Assembly: GCA_002753335.1 (NCBI GenBank)
Contig: PEAD01000009.1
Span: 1 to 64,000 of the forward strand
Source of the DNA: Nitrospirae bacterium MYbin3
Lineage (GTDB): Bacteria > Nitrospirota > Thermodesulfovibrionia > Thermodesulfovibrionales > Dissulfurispiraceae
Direction: 5' to 3'
DNA length: 64,000 nucleotides
Shown here piece after piece: positions 58,801 through 64,000 of this stretch (the first letter of the stretch is position 1; the number at the start of each line of letters is the position of its first letter). A program made the translations under genes and the position numbers. A model generated the notes under the pieces. That model saw nothing but the letters and a program-made list of their open reading frames with translations. It made no database searches and was not told the DNA's origin.

Positions 58801-59862
58801 ATGCGCCTGTTACACCGCTCCATATTAAAAGAGCTTCTTCTGAACTTTTCGCTGTCGCTGTTGTTCCTGACTTTTACGCTTATGATGGAACACCTTCTGC
58901 GTTTAAGCCGACTTTTATCCGGCGTCGGTGCATCTGTGGCCGACATAATAAGAATGATTTTTTATCTCCAGCCCCAGATATTAATATTAACGATACCTAT
59001 GGCGCTTTTGCTTTCCACACTACTGACCTACGGCCGGATGAACTCAGACAACGAACTGATAATTATGCGCGGCGCCGGAATATCATTTAGAATGATTTCA
59101 TTACCGGTAGGCTATTTGGGCGCAGCCTGCTTTTTTGCCGGAATTGTTATGAGCTTTTACCTGAGCCCCCTCGGCAGTGGCCTGCTGAATGCGAAGGTTT
59201 CGGAGATATTGACAACAAAGGCTTCTATGGCGATAGAGGAGGGCGTTTTCAATACAGCATTCAAAGATACGGTAATCTTGGTGAAAGAGAAGCCGTCTCC
59301 TAACAGACTGTCCGGAATCTTCATCGTTGATGAGAGAAAAAAGGACGAACCCAAACTGATTACGGCCACTGAAGGAATCATTGTGCCCGAAAATAATGCG
59401 CTTAGTTTTTCGTTGAAAGACGGTCAGATTTATATCACAAAAAAAAATACGGTGACCGAAATAAGATTCAAAACCTACAATTTCAAACTCAATCTTTTAT
59501 TCGACCCTCCGGTCAAGAGCAACAGTGAACTTACTCCTAAAGAGCTTTTGAAAAGAGCGAAGGGAGATGAGCAGCGCCGCATACCGATAATGCTTGAGTT
59601 TCACCGAAGAATATCTATGCCGGCCATATGCATCATAATAATTTTTCTTGGACCGGCGCTCTCATTGCTTTCGGGCAAGTCGGGCAAGCTCGGCGGCCTT
59701 ACCATCGGGCTTTTTGTCTTTGCGGTGTATTACACCCTTCTGCTTTACGGAGAGAACCTCTCACGTTCAGGAAAAGTGCCTGTTTTTGCAGGCTCTTGGC
59801 TTTCTTTTTTGTTGTTGAGCTTTTTTGCGGTACTAGTTTTTGAAAGGGTAAATAAACGCTGA
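58801..59862 (+). CDS. lptF: LPS export permease LptF
   Basis: YjgP/Q family: TYGRMNSDNELIIMRGAGIS, EFHRR; paired with lptG. Confidence 0.85.
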   Translation: MRLLHRSILKELLLNFSLSLLFLTFTLMMEHLLRLSRLLSGVGASVADIIRMIFYLQPQILILTIPMALLLSTLLTYGRMNSDNELIIMRGAGISFRMISLPVGYLGAACFFAGIVMSFYLSPLGSGLLNAKVSEILTTKASMAIEEGVFNTAFKDTVILVKEKPSPNRLSGIFIVDERKKDEPKLITATEGIIVPENNALSFSLKDGQIYITKKNTVTEIRFKTYNFKLNLLFDPPVKSNSELTPKELLKRAKGDEQRRIPIMLEFHRRISMPAICIIIIFLGPALSLLSGKSGKLGGLTIGLFVFAVYYTLLLYGENLSRSGKVPVFAGSWLSFLLLSFFAVLVFERVNKR

Positions 59863-60978
59863 ATGCTGATAGTCCAGAGATTATACCTCAAAGAATTTCT
59901 TAAAACATTAGCGGTGCTGACTTTCGGGATCGCTGCGGTGTTTAGCATTATCGGCCTTGTGAACAGGGTTGGAGATTTCCTACAGTACAACCCGCCTACG
60001 GCAATGCTTGTTCAATACACGCTGTTGGGGTTCCCTAAATATGTCCATTATCTTCTGCCGATGGCAATACTTTTGAGCAGTCTTTTTATCTTTTCTCAGG
60101 CGCTTAAAAGAAAAGAGATTGTTACGGTGAAATCAGCTTCCGGCAGAATGAAAAAACTTCTTCTGCCCTTTGTTTATACCGGACTTGTTCTTACGCTCTT
60201 CGGCTTTGTGATAGGAGAGGTGGTAGTGCCAGCTTCCACAAAAAAGATGCACCAGATAAAAAACAAGATAATAAAAAAAGACAAAAAGCATCTATTTCGC
60301 GAAGGCACGCTTTACATGCGGGGGAAAAATAACTCGATAGTCAGGGTGGGGCTTTACCTGCCTGATAAGAATATATCAAAGGATGTTTCGATTTTTGTTT
60401 TTGATGAGGCAGGTCTTACGGAAAGAATTAATGCAGAGTCTGCCGAGTGGGATGAAGACGCGTGGGTGTTGAAAAAAGTGTCGATACAAAATATAGCAAA
60501 AGGCAAAACAACAGAAAAAGCAGCGCTTCGCTACGAAGGCATGGAGTCGCCGAAGATTTTTCAGGAAGACATATGGAATACCGAGGAAATGACTATTCAA
60601 GAACTTTTTTCGTACAGAAAACGGCTGAACGACGCTGGCTTTAAGAACGTGCGGCTCGTTGTTTATATCAACTCGCGTCTTTCGTATCCTTTTATAAACT
60701 TTTTTATGCTATTGCTTGGAATTTCTCTATCAATAGGCGGGGAGCAGAAGCTGTTCCAGAAAATATACCATTCGGGGATACTCTCACATTCGCGTGCCAA
60801 TGCAGGCATAATATCGGCCGCAATAGGACTTTTGGTAAGCCTTGCATACTGGTTTGGCTATTCTCTGTTCCTTTCGCTGGGCTATGCCGGCACCGTGCCT
60901 CCGGCAGCAGCTCCATGGATAGTGCCTGCTTTGTTTGCCGGAATATCCGCTTATCTGTATAAGGAGATTCCTGAATGA
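59863..60978 (+). CDS. lptG: LPS export permease LptG
   Basis: YjgP/Q family: LLPMAILL, E.VVP, AESAEW, AAPWIVP. Confidence 0.82.
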   Translation: MLIVQRLYLKEFLKTLAVLTFGIAAVFSIIGLVNRVGDFLQYNPPTAMLVQYTLLGFPKYVHYLLPMAILLSSLFIFSQALKRKEIVTVKSASGRMKKLLLPFVYTGLVLTLFGFVIGEVVVPASTKKMHQIKNKIIKKDKKHLFREGTLYMRGKNNSIVRVGLYLPDKNISKDVSIFVFDEAGLTERINAESAEWDEDAWVLKKVSIQNIAKGKTTEKAALRYEGMESPKIFQEDIWNTEEMTIQELFSYRKRLNDAGFKNVRLVVYINSRLSYPFINFFMLLLGISLSIGGEQKLFQKIYHSGILSHSRANAGIISAAIGLLVSLAYWFGYSLFLSLGYAGTVPPAAAPWIVPALFAGISAYLYKEIPE

Positions 60979-62075
60979 GCATGCTTTTTGAACCTTTTAC
61001 GCTTGCAGGAATCGAGCTCGACAACCGTATGGTACGGTCCGCCACCTACGAGAAGCTGGCGGATGTGGACGGTTTTGTAACGGAAGAGCTGATTGTTCTT
61101 TACAGAAGCCTCGCAAAAGGGGGCGTCGGGCTCATTATAACCGGCAATGCACTTGTGCATGTGTCTGGCCGCTCCGTACCTCAGGCCATCTGCATTCACA
61201 ATGATTTTTATATCGATAAACTGAAAAAACTTACATATGCTGTACACAAAAAATCGGGCAAAATAGTTCTTCAGCTCGTTCATGGGGGCAGGCAATGCTT
61301 CCCGTCAATGCTCGGAGCAGAGCAACCGCTCGCACCATCAGAGGTGTACGAACCAACATTAAAAATGACTCCTAGGCCGATGACTGATGAAGAAATATGG
61401 GGGGTTATAGAGGCGTTCGGCGATGCTGCGAGAAGGGCGATGTATGCCGATTTTGACGGCATACAAATCCATGGCGCACATGGCTATCTTGTAAATAACT
61501 TTCTTTCACCTCATACAAACAAGCGGACCGACTATTGGGGCGGAGATGAAGAGCGCAGATTTCATTTTCTGGAGGAGGTATTCAAAGCGATCCGCAAAGA
61601 AGTGGGAGATCATTATCCGGTGCTGATAAAGCTTAACTCTGCAGATTTTGTGGCGGGGGGGCTTGCGATTGATGAATCTCTAAGAATAGCCAAACGGCTT
61701 GAGGACTTGGGGCTTGATGCGATAGAGGTTAGCGGCGGGATTTATGAATCTGAGCTAAAGTCGGCCAGAACAAATATTAAAACCGTAGAGCAGGAAGCTT
61801 ATTTTAGAGAAGCAGCAAGCAGATTCAAAAAAGAGCTGAATATTACTGTTATCATTGTAGGCGGCATTCGCTCTAAGGCTGTCGCAGAAAAGATTCTGAA
61901 AGAAGGTGATGCAGACCTTATATCTTTTTCAAGACCCTTGATAAGAGAACCTGATTTGCCTAACAAGTTTAAAGAGGGCAAAGAAAAGGCCGACTGCATT
62001 TCGTGCAATGGCTGCATGCGGTTTATGAAGCTCGATATGGTTAAATGCACCCAGCTTGGAAAGGAAGGAAACTGA
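60975..62075 (+). CDS. NADH:flavin oxidoreductase (old yellow enzyme family)
   Basis: NRMVRSAT, IHGAHGYL..FLSP.TN.RTD.WGG, CISCNGC. Confidence 0.92.
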   Translation: MSMLFEPFTLAGIELDNRMVRSATYEKLADVDGFVTEELIVLYRSLAKGGVGLIITGNALVHVSGRSVPQAICIHNDFYIDKLKKLTYAVHKKSGKIVLQLVHGGRQCFPSMLGAEQPLAPSEVYEPTLKMTPRPMTDEEIWGVIEAFGDAARRAMYADFDGIQIHGAHGYLVNNFLSPHTNKRTDYWGGDEERRFHFLEEVFKAIRKEVGDHYPVLIKLNSADFVAGGLAIDESLRIAKRLEDLGLDAIEVSGGIYESELKSARTNIKTVEQEAYFREAASRFKKELNITVIIVGGIRSKAVAEKILKEGDADLISFSRPLIREPDLPNKFKEGKEKADCISCNGCMRFMKLDMVKCTQLGKEGN

Positions 62076-62076
62076 T

Positions 62077-62862
62077 ATGCTGCTCGGAATTATTGGCGGC
62101 AGCGGGATTTATGACCTTGAGGGCCTTAAATCAGCAGGAGAAACTTTTGCTGAAACCCCTTTTGGCAAGCCTTCTGCCGGCTACAAAACCGGAGATATTG
62201 ATGGCCGGGAAATCCTATTTTTGCCGCGCCACGGCGCAGATCATTCGATAGCACCGCACAAAATAAATTACAGAGCAAACATCTGGGGATTCAAATCTCT
62301 TGGTGTGCAGAAGATAATCGCTGTGGGAGCGGTAGGCGGTATAAGCGGTAATCTAAAGCCTGGAGATATAGTGATTCTTGATCAGTTGATCGACTTTACT
62401 TTTGGAGCGCGTCAGTCAACCTTTTTCGAGGACAATAAAGTTGCGCATATAGATTTCACAGAACCGTACTGCTCCGAAATGAGAAGCCTGATGATATCAA
62501 CCGCTGCAAAAACAGGGGTTGAGGTAAAAAACAGCGGCACCTATATTTGTGTAAATGGCCCTAGGCTTGAGACTGCTAAGGAGATTCAGTATTTTTCGTC
62601 AATCGGGGCTGATGTTGTGGGCATGACAGGTATGCCTGAAGCGGCTTTGGCAAGAGAGGCAGAGATTTGCCTCTGTGGCATTGCTGTTGTTACAAACTAC
62701 GCAGCAGGAATTTCGAACCAAAAGCTTACGGTTACCGAGGTGATCGATACCATGAAGCGATCTAATGATAAAATCAAAAGGCTGATAAAAGAGTTTGCTC
62801 TTCAGTTTTCTGACGAACGTTTATGCACCTGCAAAGACGCGTTGAAAAATGCGGTGATGTAA
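62077..62862 (+). CDS. mtnP: S-methyl-5'-thioadenosine/thioinosine phosphorylase
   Basis: GIIGGSG, TPFG.PS, RHG, NYRANI, GPRLET, GMT..PE; start at MLLGII. Confidence 0.9.
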   Translation: MLLGIIGGSGIYDLEGLKSAGETFAETPFGKPSAGYKTGDIDGREILFLPRHGADHSIAPHKINYRANIWGFKSLGVQKIIAVGAVGGISGNLKPGDIVILDQLIDFTFGARQSTFFEDNKVAHIDFTEPYCSEMRSLMISTAAKTGVEVKNSGTYICVNGPRLETAKEIQYFSSIGADVVGMTGMPEAALAREAEICLCGIAVVTNYAAGISNQKLTVTEVIDTMKRSNDKIKRLIKEFALQFSDERLCTCKDALKNAVM

Positions 62863-62893
62863 GGATTGGGAAAAGTTTTAGAAGTTGAAAGAG

Positions 62894-63247
62894 TTAAGCT
62901 GTGGGGTTATTTTTTGAGTCTAGTTTCATTATGGCCGGAACGAATTCGGGCTTAATCTCGCTTTCGTTCATGTAGCAGTATGAAAAAATAATTATTTTAT
63001 CTCCAACCACGCCTTTGCGGGCGGTGGGGCCGTTCAGACAGAACTCTCTTGCACCGCGTTTGCCAGGAATCACATATGTTTCAAAACGCTCTCCGTTGTT
63101 TAGATTGCTGATCATTACCTGCTCGTAAGGAAGAATTCCGGCCTTATCCATAAGTTCGCTGTCTATTGTGATGCTTCCTTCATAGGCAAGGTTCGACTCT
63201 GTGACGGTCGCCATATGTATTTTTGATCTTAGGAAGCAGCGGAGCAT
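62894..63247 (-). CDS. panD: Aspartate 1-decarboxylase
   Basis: SKIH.ATVT..YEGSITID self-cleavage site, NGERFETY. Confidence 0.95.
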   Translation of the reverse strand: MLRCFLRSKIHMATVTESNLAYEGSITIDSELMDKAGILPYEQVMISNLNNGERFETYVIPGKRGAREFCLNGPTARKGVVGDKIIIFSYCYMNESEIKPEFVPAIMKLDSKNNPTA

Positions 63248-63256
63248 AAGGCAGAT

Positions 63257-63544
63257 CTATTCTATTATTTTAGGAACCCTGTAAAATTTTTCGGTTCCGT
63301 CGGGAGCGTTTCTGAGAGCTTCTTCAATCGGTAGAGAATCTTTCACGAGGTCTTCGCGCATGACATTATTTAAGGGCAAAACATGAGAAGTTGGCTCAAT
63401 ATTGGCAGTATCAAGCTTGCCTAGCTGTTCAACATAATCAAGAATAGAGTTAAGCTGTCCGCGAAGTGTTTCGGCTTCTTTGTCCAAGATGCTGAGCCGA
63501 GAAAGACCGGCTATGTGCATCACTTCATTTGTTGAAATTTCCAC
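63257..63544 (-). CDS. gatC: Asp/Glu-tRNA amidotransferase subunit C
   Basis: HIA.LSRL, IEPTSH, MRED, NAP, VPKIIE. Confidence 0.93.
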   Translation of the reverse strand: MEISTNEVMHIAGLSRLSILDKEAETLRGQLNSILDYVEQLGKLDTANIEPTSHVLPLNNVMREDLVKDSLPIEEALRNAPDGTEKFYRVPKIIE

Positions 63545-63546
63545 CG

Positions 63547-63999
63547 CTACACCTTTTCGAGATTCACAAACTTGATCGCAAGACGCTTAAGGCCTATGCC
63601 CGGAAAGTTTACCGTAACTTTTGTATCATCGCCTTCACCTGAGCAGTCCCTGACAACGCCAACGCCCCATGCCGGATGTTTAACCCTGCATCCAATCACA
63701 TAGGCGCAAGATAACTTTTGGGGTGAGGGCTTTAAAGGCTTGCAAGCTACGTCCGGTTTTTTCAATGCCTTCTCGGTCCAGTGGCAACAGTCTTTGGGAA
63801 TGTCCTGTAAAAAGCGGGTTGGCTCCTGATCCTGAATCTTTGAATAAAGGCGCCTTTTTTTTACGCCGGTAAGGCAAAGCATATCTTTTGCCCTCGTCAT
63901 TCCTACGTAGAAAAGTCTTCGCTCTTCATACATCTCATGCGGATCGTCCATAGCTTTGAAATAAGGAATTATGCCTTCCTCAAGGCCTACTAGAAATAC
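63547..63999 (-). CDS. pcrA: UvrD/PcrA helicase, 3' part; runs off the right edge
   Basis: VFLVGLEEGIIP, EERRLFYVGMTRAK, C-terminal RVKHPAWGVG tudor-like domain. Confidence 0.85.
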   Translation of the reverse strand, partial: VFLVGLEEGIIPYFKAMDDPHEMYEERRLFYVGMTRAKDMLCLTGVKKRRLYSKIQDQEPTRFLQDIPKDCCHWTEKALKKPDVACKPLKPSPQKLSCAYVIGCRVKHPAWGVGVVRDCSGEGDDTKVTVNFPGIGLKRLAIKFVNLEKV

Positions 64000-64000
64000 A

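Overview
Bacterial chromosomal window from an anaerobic diderm (LptF/LptG, lipoproteins). Gene content suggests Thermodesulfovibrionia/Nitrospirota, but that is inference only. Housekeeping genes: glgB (partial), cdaA-cdaR-glmM-comEC, murJ, prmC, rluD-like, lptFG, mtnP, panD, gatC, pcrA/uvrD (partial). Anaerobic metabolism: the Wood-Ljungdahl CODH/ACS cluster (cooC-acsE-acsD-acsC-acsB-cooS) and a 2-oxoacid:ferredoxin oxidoreductase. Signalling is dense: a c-di-AMP cyclase, two GGDEF, two HD-GYP, a class III cyclase and two CXXCH heme sensors. Features missed or mis-called by the ORF track: a selenocysteine peroxiredoxin with a SECIS-like hairpin, a cobalamin riboswitch with a consensus promoter and attenuator, a 45-aa membrane microprotein, and a frameshifted IS1380-family element with TIRs and a 5-bp TSD. 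Best candidates for an undescribed system: (1) the cobalamin-riboswitch-controlled operon of a Zn-dehydrogenase plus a divergent TrpD-like phosphoribosyltransferase; (2) an operon of a membrane adenylate cyclase, a LysM/degenerate-deacetylase lipoprotein, a TPR-LysM protein and a TPR-PDZ-caspase lipoprotein, in a window with three exported caspase-family proteases. All calls come from reading motifs by eye; no database searches were run.
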